Source of the DNA: a virus
Taxonomy: Duplodnaviria > Caudoviricetes
Direction: 5' to 3' (one strand)
IMG/VR virus record: IMGVR_UViG_3300034121_000953
Span: 1-60,351 of that record
Length of the DNA stretch: 60,351 nucleotides
Part shown: positions 1-9,842 of the stretch, one piece after another
Layout: each line of letters starts with the position of its first letter
Numbering within the stretch: the stretch's first letter is position 1
Position numbers and translations under genes: made by a program
The notes under the pieces: model-generated
Database searches by the model: none
The model's input: only the letters and a program-made list of their open reading frames with translations
What the model was told of the DNA's origin: nothing

Positions 1-2323
1 CTGCAAAAGCACTTGCACCCACCGCAGTGTTGTTGGCTTGAGCACCAGCACCAAGGCCCACGGTGAGTCCTTGGATGGTTGCGCCAAGAGTGCTACTCAG
101 CGTCCCGGTGACTGCTAGGCCGGTGGAGGTAAAGTTTGCTACTGTGATGCTGTCAGTGGAAGACCGCACAGATAAACCGCCAGCAGTGCCAATTGGGCTG
201 CCCGTGGCATTAGAAGCAAGTGTCCATATCTTCCCTCCCGCAGCACCGCTAGAATCTGCTTGCAAAAGGGCATAAGCGTTACTCCCATTGAGGTTAGCTT
301 TTATAGCGCCTGTTGAAGTAATGTCCCCCGTAGCACTCAGCGTCCCGGTGACTGCTAGGCCTGTGGAGGAAAGAATAGTGACATTGCTATTGTTTACTCT
401 GCTGTATATGCTACCGCCAGTAGGAACATTAATTAGCAAATCGCTACTACCGCCACCTCCCCACATACCAGCAAGCGTAGTTGCTGCAAACGCACCATTA
501 AACGATAGCAATCCATACGTTGGGTCGGTACTTACCTGACCAAGACTTATGGCGGAAGTCTGCCCCGACATAGTTACGCCTGACCGCCCCGTTGCACTCA
601 GCGTCCCGGTGACTGCTAGGCCGGTGGAGGAGAAAGAAGCGACATCAGAAGGCCCGAAAACAACACTATTGCCAGCATCAACATACAGTATGTTTACATC
701 TGCGTTATTTGCCGCATTACGCCCATAAATACGCTTTTGATTTGGTATACCTATAACGCCAATTGAAACGCCAGCAGGATTTGTTCCAAACTGTGCGGTT
801 AGGCTTGTTAAATTGCCCGTAGCACTCAGCGTCCCAGTGACTGCGGCTCCGTACCCCATCGTCACTAGTCCAGTGATATAGGCTATTTTTAGAGCCTCTG
901 ATTTTAAGTAAGACTCAATAATAAAATCATGGGAAGTGTTGGAACGCATACCTATGTAATCGCCACTACTTATCAGCATAAACCCGTTTTGATTTGCAGT
1001 GCCAGTCAAAGCGGTATCTGTCGTTCCAGCAGCACGGATAGATGTGCTAAACGTACTCAGCCCACTCGCACTCAGCGTAGTAAAAGCTCCCGTCGTAGGC
1101 GTTGTAGCCCCGACAGTGCCGTTGATGTTGATGGAGGCTGTGCCGGTCAGGTTTGTCACTGTGCCGCTGCTGGGTGTGCCGAGTGCGGGGGTGACTAGGG
1201 TGGGGCTGGTAGCAAATACGGCAGAGCCAGAACCCGTCTCATCAGTCAAAGCGCCAGCAAGATTGGCAGAACTAAACGAACCCAGCAGCGTGGCGTTGCC
1301 TGTGGATGTAATGGCACCGGTTAGGTTGGCGTTTGTAACTACAGTAGCTGCATTTCCAACTGATGTAACCATTCCAGTTAAATTAGCATTTGTAATGACG
1401 TTGCCAGCAGTCAAATCAGCAGCAGTGCCGGTAACGTTGGTCATTATTCCTGAGACAGGAGTTCCAAGTGCAGGCGCTGTAAGTGTTTTGTTTGAAAGAG
1501 TTTGAGTATCAGTAGTGCCTACAACCGTCCCGGCAGGTATTGTTTTGGAAGCCCACGTAGTAAGATTAGCATTGTACGCCTGAACATCAGTACCAATAAC
1601 AACACCCAAATTAGTTCTGGCTGTAGCAGCAAGAGTAGCCCCGGTACCTCCATTAGCAATAGCTACAATGCCTGTAATGTTATCAGCAGTACCCAAAGTG
1701 TTTTGATTAAAGGTGGGCCATGTAAATGTACCTGAACTAAAGTTACCTGAAGCAGGAGTGCCAAGAACAGGTGCCACAAAAGTTTTGTTTGTCAAACTTT
1801 GGGTGTCAGTAGTACCAACAACTATACCTGCGGGTATAGCTTTAGCAGCCCATCCAGCAAGACCAGCAGCATATGCCTGAACATCAACTCCAATAGCTAC
1901 ACCCAAATTAGTTCTTGCTGTGATTGCACTGGCAACATCTGACAAATTATTTGCTGCAAGCAATGCGCCTGCGCTGACTAATTGTTGCCAAGCAGTGCCT
2001 GAGTACACCCACATAATAGTGTTAACACTGTTAAAATACAAGGCACCTGCTGTAAGAGCATTACCATCGTTATCCACAGATGGTGCCGAAGTTTTTGAGC
2101 CAAGGTACCTGTCATCAAAAGCATCATAGCTTGCTGCAGCTGCTGTGGCAGAAGCAGTAGCAGAAGTGGCAGAAGCGGCAGCAGCCGTTGCGCTTACACT
2201 TGCTTCCGCTGCTTTAGTTGCAGCAATATTTGGGTAAATAGAAGAGCTGGTAGTGCCGGGATTATCGTACTCACCGCCAGCGGAGGTGCTGCCGGTTGAT
2301 CCCGGTTTTAATTCATATGCCAT
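1..2323 (-). CDS. Tail fibre, N-terminal part (runs off the window start)
   Basis: ATG at 2323 after an AAGGAG RBS; frame open to position 1 ([11 protein letters not shown]...[12 protein letters not shown]...GALYFNS; duplicated [15 protein letters not shown]; repeated [12 protein letters not shown]). Absent from the ORF track because it has no stop in the window. Confidence 0.85.
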   Translation of the reverse strand, partial: MAYELKPGSTGSTSAGGEYDNPGTTSSSIYPNIAATKAAEASVSATAAAASATSATASATAAAASYDAFDDRYLGSKTSAPSVDNDGNALTAGALYFNSVNTIMWVYSGTAWQQLVSAGALLAANNLSDVASAITARTNLGVAIGVDVQAYAAGLAGWAAKAIPAGIVVGTTDTQSLTNKTFVAPVLGTPASGNFSSGTFTWPTFNQNTLGTADNITGIVAIANGGTGATLAATARTNLGVVIGTDVQAYNANLTTWASKTIPAGTVVGTTDTQTLSNKTLTAPALGTPVSGIMTNVTGTAADLTAGNVITNANLTGMVTSVGNAATVVTNANLTGAITSTGNATLLGSFSSANLAGALTDETGSGSAVFATSPTLVTPALGTPSSGTVTNLTGTASININGTVGATTPTTGAFTTLSASGLSTFSTSIRAAGTTDTALTGTANQNGFMLISSGDYIGMRSNTSHDFIIESYLKSEALKIAYITGLVTMGYGAAVTGTLSATGNLTSLTAQFGTNPAGVSIGVIGIPNQKRIYGRNAANNADVNILYVDAGNSVVFGPSDVASFSSTGLAVTGTLSATGRSGVTMSGQTSAISLGQVSTDPTYGLLSFNGAFAATTLAGMWGGGGSSDLLINVPTGGSIYSRVNNSNVTILSSTGLAVTGTLSATGDITSTGAIKANLNGSNAYALLQADSSGAAGGKIWTLASNATGSPIGTAGGLSVRSSTDSITVANFTSTGLAVTGTLSSTLGATIQGLTVGLGAGAQANNTAVGASAFA
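95..844. repeat. Near-identical ~35-bp repeats (ACTCAGCGTCCCGGTGACTGCTAGGCCGGTGGAGG) inside the tail fibre gene
   Basis: Copies at 95-129, 335-369, 596-630, partial at 824-844; spacings of 240, 261 and 228 nt are all in frame. Confidence 0.9.
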
Positions 2324-2333
2324 TTAGTTCTCC

Positions 2334-3245
2334 TTAAAGCAAACCATTCGTATTAAAGTTAATTTGCACGTTACCACCAGAGGCTCTGCGAAACTTTTCT
2401 TCTTTGTTGACCGAGGCTAAATTATCTATAAACTTAGCTTGGTATCGTTGTTCCATCTTATCATCAAAAAGGTATGCACCAAGATTAAATAAAGCACCCC
2501 AAACAAGCATACGCTCATTTTGATCTCTCAGCCAATTAGGTACTTCTTTTCCTGTGTACATTTTAGTTGTAACAGTTGCATTGTATGCAGCTGCTTCTGC
2601 ATTTGTGGCAAAAGCTTTTTGTATTGAATTAGCTGTAGAAAAATAAAGACTGGTACCTGCAGAAGCAACATAAGTTAAATATGGCTGGTATGCATCAGCA
2701 AGGCCTATTGAATAGTTAACAGGTACAACATCATAAATAGCATCAAGCGCAGGTAATCTTTTGTAGTAGTGGATTTCAAGAATAGCACCAACGGCTAGTT
2801 GGGGGTGAACAAATATTTTATCTCCTTGCCACATCCAGTTATACACCGAGTATTTTTCACTATACAAGTCAAAGAATGTTCGCTTGTCAACAACTTCATT
2901 AAACACTTTACTCACATTAGAAGGAAAGGCTGAATATGAAGTGCCAAGGTTTTCTTGTGCAATAGTTCTCAGGTATATAAATTGAGTAAGGTCTTCAGGA
3001 ATAGAAAATGAAGTATACGCGTTACCAAAAGGTAATCCTAAACTTTCTTCACCTTCATTATCGTCAGAAGTTACCGTGTAACGTACTGTCTCTTCCAGCG
3101 GGGGGATTCTCAGGGTTCTGTAGCATTCATCAGCAGAATACCGTAGGCAATCCGCAATGACGCTATCAGGAATAGTATTCGTTTCGGGCTTGTTAGACCA
3201 ATCCCTCACCTTTGCTAATGTAGCATCATATAGTGGTGTTGCCAT
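2334..3245 (-). CDS. Probable head-tail adaptor / tail tubular protein
   Basis: 303 aa between the capsid cluster and tail fibre; adaptor-like N-terminus (VRDWSNK...IPDSVIADCLRYSADECYRTLRIP) and C-terminal LVWGAL...AYLFD segment. Confidence 0.5.
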   Translation of the reverse strand: MATPLYDATLAKVRDWSNKPETNTIPDSVIADCLRYSADECYRTLRIPPLEETVRYTVTSDDNEGEESLGLPFGNAYTSFSIPEDLTQFIYLRTIAQENLGTSYSAFPSNVSKVFNEVVDKRTFFDLYSEKYSVYNWMWQGDKIFVHPQLAVGAILEIHYYKRLPALDAIYDVVPVNYSIGLADAYQPYLTYVASAGTSLYFSTANSIQKAFATNAEAAAYNATVTTKMYTGKEVPNWLRDQNERMLVWGALFNLGAYLFDDKMEQRYQAKFIDNLASVNKEEKFRRASGGNVQINFNTNGLL

Positions 3246-3256
3246 GTGTAATCTCC

Positions 3257-3580
3257 TTATACTCTTTTAATATTACTTGTTTGAAGTAACGGGTAATCTG
3301 TTATGATAATATGCTTTAATTTTCTTAGATTAGCAGGATTATCCATAAAATCTTGAGCATGAATATCCAAGCCATATTTAGTCAAGATATCAATAGCTAC
3401 AATATCAGGTAGAATAGCAAAAGATCTGTATGACCTGCCACTATGCGAAATTGTATCAAGCTCTCTTTGTGCAGCAGCATATTCTTTGTATGCACCTACA
3501 TCTTGGTCTAATTTAAAATTCTTCTCATCAGTGCTTACATTAAAGCTTCCCTGATTTCCATCTTGTGATTTGAATCCCAT
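3257..3580 (-). CDS. Hypothetical protein, capsid cluster
   Basis: 107-aa ORF co-oriented with the structural genes. Confidence 0.6.
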   Translation of the reverse strand: MGFKSQDGNQGSFNVSTDEKNFKLDQDVGAYKEYAAAQRELDTISHSGRSYRSFAILPDIVAIDILTKYGLDIHAQDFMDNPANLRKLKHIIITDYPLLQTSNIKRV

Positions 3581-3594
3581 TGTGTCTTTCTTTA

Positions 3595-3882
3595 TTAATT
3601 GCTCATTGCAGCACTAAACGTACCGTCAAGGGTTTTGCAACCATATTCATACCGAATATTAGCACCATTATATGCAGGGATAGCTGCGACAGTTACCCAT
3701 GAAAAGGTTGTACCAGTAACTATAGCATAGCTTACTTCAGTAATACGGCCCCGAATAACTTTAGGTGCGCTGTAATCAGAGCCTGCATCTAGCGTATCAG
3801 CTGCTGTATGAACATGCACAACGTAATTATCAGGTATATAAGTTGAGGTACCATTTGTAGCCGTAACTTTTAGAAATTCCAT
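3595..3882 (-). CDS. Hypothetical virion protein
   Basis: 95-aa ORF with AAGGA RBS directly after the capsid gene. Confidence 0.6.
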   Translation of the reverse strand: MEFLKVTATNGTSTYIPDNYVVHVHTAADTLDAGSDYSAPKVIRGRITEVSYAIVTGTTFSWVTVAAIPAYNGANIRYEYGCKTLDGTFSAAMSN

Positions 3883-3895
3883 TTTATTTCCTTTT

Positions 3896-3931
3896 AAAAA
3901 TAAAGGGAGAAAGATTTCTCCTTCTCCCTTT
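3896..3931 (-). terminator. Rho-independent terminator after the major capsid gene
   Basis: AAAGGGAGAA...TTCTCCCTTT inverted repeat followed by a T-run on the minus strand. Confidence 0.7.
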
Positions 3932-3939
3932 AAGTTATC

Positions 3940-5055
3940 TTACGCGCCTGACAGCCCGAAGATGAGACCAGCACCTTTAGGATTGCGGCATTCAAGAGTA
4001 CACTCTTCAACAATTTGACCGATGATAGAATCACCAAGCTGACCAAGGTCAACTTCTTGCAGAGGACGCAGGGAAGCCATGCTGAACCACATTGGGTCGT
4101 ACACAAATGCCGAAAAGTTTGCAGCCTCAGACAGACCAGAAATGGAGGTATTAGAGATGCCCATAACGTAGTTAGGAACAACCATGATATCACCAAAGTC
4201 AGACATGTAGACTTCAACAGATTGACGGAGCTTACCGTCAGCGTCAATGTTACGACGAACGTTACCATCACCAGCATTGCTGGAACTTGAACCTGCCGAC
4301 TGAGCCTTGGCAGAAAACACGCGACGGTTAGCGGGAGACAGCATTAGCTTGGTAGCTTTACCACCGTTTTCATAGATGGCTTGCATCACAGTATCAATGT
4401 GGCTCAGGGTCAAACTGACTTTGTCAGCAGAAGTAACAGTAGTAAATGTACCGCAAGTGCCGCCACCTGGATTAGTTGGTGCAGTGTACTCGTTAGAAGT
4501 AGCCAGCACGTTCAATGCGGTAGCAGGGGTAGTGGTAGCAGCAGTAAAGTTAACCCATGCTTGATAACCACCAAACTTGCGAGTGCCTGAACCATTAGAG
4601 CTGTTCCAGCTGTTGGTCAGATCAAACTCAACGTCACGGCGCAGCTCAGTACCGCGCTTTTTCAGTTGATAAGCATACTCGTCGGCAACACCTGCTTGAT
4701 CAACAGCACGTTTAGTGCCGGTAACAGTAACAGTTTTGCTGTTAATTTGGGTGTAATTGCCCAGACGGGTACGGAAAGGTTCAGCACCTTGAGCACTGTT
4801 TTGAGTGGCGTAAGAAACACCTTCAGCAACTGCTTGCGAAGAAGGAGCCGACAGTTCGTCGGTTTGCCATTCATGAAAAACAGCGGTAGCTTTAGTCTTA
4901 CCGATAGAGCTCATGAAGGGGGTTTCATCACGCGAAATCATAGAGATGAAGTTGGCGAGGTCTTCGCGTTCACCTGCATTAACCGCGTTACCGGTAGCGG
5001 AAGAGGAGCGAGCAGCAGCCTTAGGGCCACCTGTCGCGAAATTATTTGCAGCCAT
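3940..5055 (-). CDS. Major capsid protein (DUF5309-like)
   Basis: 371 aa; REDLANFISMISRDETPFMSSIG, HEWQTDEL, NYTQINSK, EYAYQLKKRGTELRRDVE, ECTLECRNPKG; follows the scaffold gene. Confidence 0.9.
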   Translation of the reverse strand: MAANNFATGGPKAAARSSSATGNAVNAGEREDLANFISMISRDETPFMSSIGKTKATAVFHEWQTDELSAPSSQAVAEGVSYATQNSAQGAEPFRTRLGNYTQINSKTVTVTGTKRAVDQAGVADEYAYQLKKRGTELRRDVEFDLTNSWNSSNGSGTRKFGGYQAWVNFTAATTTPATALNVLATSNEYTAPTNPGGGTCGTFTTVTSADKVSLTLSHIDTVMQAIYENGGKATKLMLSPANRRVFSAKAQSAGSSSSNAGDGNVRRNIDADGKLRQSVEVYMSDFGDIMVVPNYVMGISNTSISGLSEAANFSAFVYDPMWFSMASLRPLQEVDLGQLGDSIIGQIVEECTLECRNPKGAGLIFGLSGA

Positions 5056-5085
5056 GTTATATAGCCTTTCTTTAAGAGTTTTATT

Positions 5086-6222
5086 TTACAATTTTTTACT
5101 CACTGAAGAAATACGTTTCAGAAAATCTAATTCGTCTTGTTTGGATCCTTGACCCGAAAGAACTTTACCTCGGTTGGCGTTATCCGCTTCCTTAACACGT
5201 TGTGACTGTGGTTGCCCTGCTTTTGAGGGAATTGATTTCACACTTGTTACGGCTTTACGTTTAACTTCACCGGTCTCCTTAGCTGTCTTTAACTTGCGAT
5301 AGTCATTGATAAATTTAACTACAGTAGGGTCATATATAGACTCTAGTAGCGCCTCAGGAATGCCTTCCTTGATGGCAAATTCACGAACACTTTTGGCAAC
5401 TTTGTCTGAGTAATCGGGGATCAGTTTAGTGATATTTTCCCCATACACTTTCAGTAACGCTTGTTGCTGTTCCGCTTGTTGTTCTTGCAGCTTACCTACA
5501 ATAGCTTTGGTTTTTGCTTCACGGCTATTTCTGGCCTTCCAATAACTTTCTTGTACTTGCTCTCGTTGTTCTTTTAGTTCACGAGCAGTGTAGGTGTCCC
5601 CTTCCTCACGAGCCTTTTCGATATCAGCTGTAAGTTTGTGGTATTGAGATCCAAAAGATGTTTCAACGGCAGTCAGTTCTTCATGAACTACTGACCCCAT
5701 TTCAACTAACTCTTTTAGTTTTTCACTTCTTTCTTGTTCGATCTGTTTCTTCAGTTCGCCAAGTTCCCGACCTTTGTTTGATAGATGCTGGTCAGTAGAG
5801 TAACCCTTGCGGATTTCTTCCAGGGTAACATGCTCTGTCTTGCCATTAATGGTGACAGGAACTTTGTATTCCCAATCAATATCTTCTTCAGCGGGTAGTT
5901 CAGAATCAGGGGTAGACGTATCATCCTTGTTCTTACTATCTTCTGAATCATCTGTTGATTCTTCCTCATCTGTCTTGTTGTCATCAGAGTTGTCGGGAAC
6001 GTCATCGTCCGACTCTGACTCTTGAACTGGGACATCCTCATCCTCTTTTGGTAGAGACCCTTTAAGACCCAACAGTTTTGCAACTGGAGAGTTTTGCATG
6101 ATATCATCTAGGCTGGCTGCTTCGTTCTTTGCACTATACGCACCGTCATCGTTAAAATCAGCACTCGAAATTTCCGAGGCTGGTGTATTGGTAGAGAGTT
6201 GCGCGATATGTGGTAAATCCAT
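5086..6222 (-). CDS. Capsid scaffolding protein
   Basis: Acidic N-terminus, KVPVTINGKTEHVTLEEIRKGYS motif, coiled coil; immediately upstream of the capsid gene. Confidence 0.8.
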   Translation of the reverse strand: MDLPHIAQLSTNTPASEISSADFNDDGAYSAKNEAASLDDIMQNSPVAKLLGLKGSLPKEDEDVPVQESESDDDVPDNSDDNKTDEEESTDDSEDSKNKDDTSTPDSELPAEEDIDWEYKVPVTINGKTEHVTLEEIRKGYSTDQHLSNKGRELGELKKQIEQERSEKLKELVEMGSVVHEELTAVETSFGSQYHKLTADIEKAREEGDTYTARELKEQREQVQESYWKARNSREAKTKAIVGKLQEQQAEQQQALLKVYGENITKLIPDYSDKVAKSVREFAIKEGIPEALLESIYDPTVVKFINDYRKLKTAKETGEVKRKAVTSVKSIPSKAGQPQSQRVKEADNANRGKVLSGQGSKQDELDFLKRISSVSKKL

Positions 6223-6244
6223 TTAATTCTTGTCCTTGTGTCTA

Positions 6245-6472
6245 TTATTGTGCAACAGTTTTAGCTGCGCGTACTGCTGCCATACGATCTACTTTTGGTG
6301 TATCAACATCCATACGATCAATAGCGTCAATAGCACCCTGCAGATTAACAAGCTGCGGGGCATAGGAACCTGCTCGGCCTGTGCCTCCATTTTGTCCGCA
6401 TACAGCTAGTTCACGCAGAACTTCGTCACGGGCTTTAATCAGCACACTACGTGCTTCTGTATATTTATTCAT
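6245..6472 (-). CDS. Hypothetical protein
   Basis: Likely start MNKYTEA at 6472, overlapping the stop of the upstream ORF. Confidence 0.55.
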   Translation of the reverse strand: MNKYTEARSVLIKARDEVLRELAVCGQNGGTGRAGSYAPQLVNLQGAIDAIDRMDVDTPKVDRMAAVRAAKTVAQ

Positions 6473-6821
6473 TTGATTCCTGTTCGGCTTCTTCCGATTT
6501 TTGTTGGATAAATTTTGCATTGTTACCATAAGTCTCAATGCGAACTAATTTTTCTTTTACTGAACCAAGAGCCATAGCAGTGCTATATAGATACTCTCGT
6601 TCTTTGGTTGCGTGAGGTTCTGATTTAAGCCAAGCAACAAATAAATCGCTTAAAATTTCACCATAGGCTTCACTGAAAAATACTTCTCTGTCTCGTTGTA
6701 CAAAATGTGCCTTGGCTAATGCAACCTGTGCATCCCTAAAGGGTTCTACTTTGTAGGAACCATCCTCGTGGTTCTGGCGGGGTTTAACCTTACTTCTAAA
6801 GGCCTCGCGGTATTGATCCAT
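6465..6821 (-). CDS. Hypothetical protein between portal and scaffold
   Basis: Likely ATG start at 6821 (MDQYREAF). Confidence 0.6.
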   Translation of the reverse strand: MDQYREAFRSKVKPRQNHEDGSYKVEPFRDAQVALAKAHFVQRDREVFFSEAYGEILSDLFVAWLKSEPHATKEREYLYSTAMALGSVKEKLVRIETYGNNAKFIQQKSEEAEQESNE

Positions 6822-6870
6822 TATTTCTTTCAAATAATTCCCACGTACACATGCAGAGGTGGGAACCGTG

Positions 6871-9120
6871 TTACATTAATTGTTCCGGGGCCATTGCTGG
6901 GCCGGGTTGATTTGGAGGTGGTGTACTCCCTCTTGGTGCTGAAGCATCGCTGATATCAGAAGAAATGACTGCCCGGGCAATACCAAGCAACTCTTCAACT
7001 GATTTATGAGGGGGAAGCTCAACGCCTTCTTTGGCAGCAGCTATATATAGCTTTGCCCATTCTTGTTGTGATTTATCCAAAGAAACCATAAGTTGTTTGG
7101 CGTTATCCTGCATAGCATTCTTAGCCTGAATGTTGGTCAAATCAAGGGTTGCTTGTTTCTGAGTTATATCAAGCATTAATTTTTGTTCTTCCAACTTTTG
7201 TTTCTTTTCTTGGGCTTCAGCTTCGGCTTGCCTGGACTGTTCAGCCTTCTGTTTAAAGTCCTCGGCAGTATAGTCAACCATGTAGTCAAGAGGATCAAGA
7301 TCCATAGCTTCAAGGGTTTTACAGGCGATAGTTACTGCAGCTGCAGGGTTAACTGCTCCTCCAGCACCTGCCTGTTGCAGCGCGGGAATAAGTTTTTCAC
7401 CGACCATCTGCATTTTCTTGATGATGTTACTGTTGCTATTTTCACCTACATCGGCGTCAATATACATAAGCATATTGTCAGGTAGTGTTGATGGATCAAC
7501 AGATTTAAACAAGTTGTTTTGATCATAATACTTTACCGTTTTACCTTTAAGCTTTGTTCTTAAAGTCTTGTAGACTCCGTTAACCAACCGTGTAAATCCT
7601 GTTTCAGAAAATCTACGGGCCATGTATTGAATACGAACTTGAGCAGCTGACTGTGCTCGTGCCATTTTTTCATCGGAGTTACCGGATACATATAAGGTGT
7701 CATTCAAGCCTTGGGCTGCTTTTGACAGGCCTGTGGCTTGCTCTTTGTGTTGCTGTAGCAATTCTAAAAGAGGAACAGTACCTTGACTGATAGTATCAGG
7801 TGTTAATGCAGCAACAGCACCCGTTGGATTACCGTTAGTTGCAATAATCTGCTTGGGCTTCATGTTTTGAAGGGCAGAAAAATCAACTACATTGGGATCA
7901 GCCAACTTAGGAGAATAGTTTGTCAGGTATACATTTTCAACAAAACCACGCATAATAGCCGTAGTAGCCATTGTAGCAGGCCTGATCATATCAGCAACTG
8001 ACAATCCAAAGAATTCGTGTGGAACTTCAAATGGGCAGAGGGTTGCTAGCGGAATGTACTCGCAGTCTTCTTCAAGCAGAATGGTGGAACCAGCGATAAT
8101 AAAGTGTTTAAGTTCAGCGATACCATCGCCGTCCCTATCGACGCGAAGCCAGCATTCAATAACCGTAATCTGACGGTTCGCTTCAGATGGAAATAGCTCA
8201 CGGCTGTTACCTCCGAGCCAATACTCTTCGCCGACCAAGCGTTTTCTGGCTGCTTGTTCTTCTGTATACTTGGTTGCCCAATCATAACTGCCATCTCCAA
8301 TTTGATCCCAATCAATATCTGCTGCAATATCGGGAAAGAATTTACGAACCTCAGATCGGGTCATATCAATCTGAATACCTACAAATGCTGCATCATCTAG
8401 TGAGTGAGCATCCCGTGTAATACGGAAGCATTCAGGGTGTACATTCTTGATGAGAATACGGGTCTTGTTGTGCTTACGTTTTAGACGCACATCCTTGTAG
8501 ACCGTTGCATACTCAGCATTACCTGTTTCTTGATTGGTTGTCAGTTCTTGTTCGTATTTAAGTTTACCAATTACTTCAATCTCATCATCTGAGAGTAAAA
8601 GATCAAGGTTTTCCTGTGAAATTGAGTCATATTCTTCAAAAGAATAATCAAAATCTTCAATAAATTCCCATCTAACAATACTGTTTTTCCACAGTAGAGC
8701 TGATTTTACCCACGTATTTAGGATCTCCCATCCATTATTCTGTTTAAAAATAGTATAGTTTACCAGATCAGAAGCTACTTTAGCATTGTGAAAATCAGAT
8801 GGTGCTGTACCTACGGGTACAAATCTGGCCAGTTTATTGTTGTTAAACATCAGTTCAGCAATAATGGCAAGGTAACCCTCAATAGCCTCTACTGTATCTG
8901 ATGAAACAATCTGAGAAACCCCTTGAGGTGTCAGATGAAACTGCGGAATCATACCGTATTCGTAGGTAGCCTTCTGCCTTTCTCGTGCAAGGTCAGAACT
9001 ATTTAAGAAATCACCAACAGAGTTCATTACACCCTGTTCAATCATGGCAAGGAGCTCTTCGTCTCCTACTACTTCTTTAAACCTGTCAGTAAATCTGACT
9101 ACATTATTAGTTGTTCCCAT
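6871..9120 (-). CDS. Portal protein
   Basis: ~750 aa; SQIVSSDTVEAIE, DLVNY, WVKSALL, ECWLRVDRDGDGIAE, PHEFFGLSVAD; downstream of terminase. ATG at 9120 has an AAAGG RBS. Confidence 0.9.
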   Translation of the reverse strand: MGTTNNVVRFTDRFKEVVGDEELLAMIEQGVMNSVGDFLNSSDLARERQKATYEYGMIPQFHLTPQGVSQIVSSDTVEAIEGYLAIIAELMFNNNKLARFVPVGTAPSDFHNAKVASDLVNYTIFKQNNGWEILNTWVKSALLWKNSIVRWEFIEDFDYSFEEYDSISQENLDLLLSDDEIEVIGKLKYEQELTTNQETGNAEYATVYKDVRLKRKHNKTRILIKNVHPECFRITRDAHSLDDAAFVGIQIDMTRSEVRKFFPDIAADIDWDQIGDGSYDWATKYTEEQAARKRLVGEEYWLGGNSRELFPSEANRQITVIECWLRVDRDGDGIAELKHFIIAGSTILLEEDCEYIPLATLCPFEVPHEFFGLSVADMIRPATMATTAIMRGFVENVYLTNYSPKLADPNVVDFSALQNMKPKQIIATNGNPTGAVAALTPDTISQGTVPLLELLQQHKEQATGLSKAAQGLNDTLYVSGNSDEKMARAQSAAQVRIQYMARRFSETGFTRLVNGVYKTLRTKLKGKTVKYYDQNNLFKSVDPSTLPDNMLMYIDADVGENSNSNIIKKMQMVGEKLIPALQQAGAGGAVNPAAAVTIACKTLEAMDLDPLDYMVDYTAEDFKQKAEQSRQAEAEAQEKKQKLEEQKLMLDITQKQATLDLTNIQAKNAMQDNAKQLMVSLDKSQQEWAKLYIAAAKEGVELPPHKSVEELLGIARAVISSDISDASAPRGSTPPPNQPGPAMAPEQLM

Positions 9121-9224
9121 TGTTAGCCTTTCTTTCAATCAATCAAGCCAACAATGGCTATATATTAGTGTAACTACTTCTTCCACCATGAGTTACCAAC
9201 AGTTGACACAAGGGAAATTTATTT

Positions 9225-9241
9225 CTATTAGGTACCGACTA
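9225..9241 (-). promoter_or_regulatory. Putative phage RNAP promoter TAGTCGGTACCTAATAG, upstream of portal
   Basis: Copy of a 17-bp motif seen 8 times, always at gene boundaries. Confidence 0.7.
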
Positions 9242-9259
9242 AAATAGAAGGAACTCCGA

Positions 9260-9415
9260 CTAAAATAACTTAGTTTGTTCACCACGAATAGGGAAATTTT
9301 TGGGAATTTTCTCACCAATCTTTTCTTGTGGGTTAACTAGTTTATTTTCTGGTCGGGTTTTGACCAAACCTTGAAGTTGTTTCCGTTCTTCGGGGGTCAT
9401 TTTTGTATTAATCAT
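9260..9415 (-). CDS. Small hypothetical protein (51 aa)
   Basis: MINTKMTPEERKQLQ...TKLF*, read manually; below the ORF-track cutoff. Confidence 0.5.
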   Translation of the reverse strand: MINTKMTPEERKQLQGLVKTRPENKLVNPQEKIGEKIPKNFPIRGEQTKLF

Positions 9416-9422
9416 TTATTTC

Positions 9423-9683
9423 TTACCATTTAACTTTGTTAGCCCAATAAGCAGCTGACAACGGCCCCCGGGCAATGTCGTCTGCCATTCGAGCTTTAAA
9501 AGCGTCACTTCGTTTTGAACCATCAGGGCTACCTTCAGTTCCTTGTTGACCAAATCTGATAGTCTTAATAGTATCACCACTTTTAGCAACAACAATATGA
9601 CTCTTGGTGGGATGGTCGGGTGTCTTTTTAGGTTTATTAAACCCGGATACACCAGCTCTCTCTAGTCTTGAATCTTTTTCCAT
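9423..9683 (-). CDS. Small basic phage protein
   Basis: KPKKTPDHPTKSHIVVAK...IRFGQQG...SAAYWANKVKW, a motif set common near phage packaging genes. Confidence 0.7.
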   Translation of the reverse strand: MEKDSRLERAGVSGFNKPKKTPDHPTKSHIVVAKSGDTIKTIRFGQQGTEGSPDGSKRSDAFKARMADDIARGPLSAAYWANKVKW

Positions 9684-9832
9684 TATTTTTTCGCAGTCTT
9701 AGCAGAATCTTTGAAGGCTTTGTCAGTGGGTGCGCCTTTAGTACCCGGTTTTCTCATTTTTTCTTTGGAACCTTCTTCAATACGTTTTTTCTTGGCATGA
9801 ATGTTATCATACAACCCCGGTTTATTAGCCAT
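9683..9832 (-). CDS. Small basic protein (49 aa)
   Basis: MANKPGLYDNIHAKKKRIEEGSKEKMRKPGTKGAPTDKAFKDSAKTAKK*; AAGGA RBS, coupled to the next gene. Confidence 0.65.
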   Translation of the reverse strand: MANKPGLYDNIHAKKKRIEEGSKEKMRKPGTKGAPTDKAFKDSAKTAKK

Positions 9833-9842
9833 AGTATTTCCT

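Noticed and set aside
95-844. Tail-fibre repeats as CRISPR, DGR or shufflon
   Set aside because: Repeats are in frame within one ORF and in direct orientation; no reverse transcriptase or invertase seen; no template/variable pair differing at adenines.
63-2129. Plus-strand ORFs over the tail fibre, and similar antisense ORFs such as 52464-53312 and 58660-60103
   Set aside because: Antisense shadows of Thr/Ala/Gly-rich minus-strand genes.
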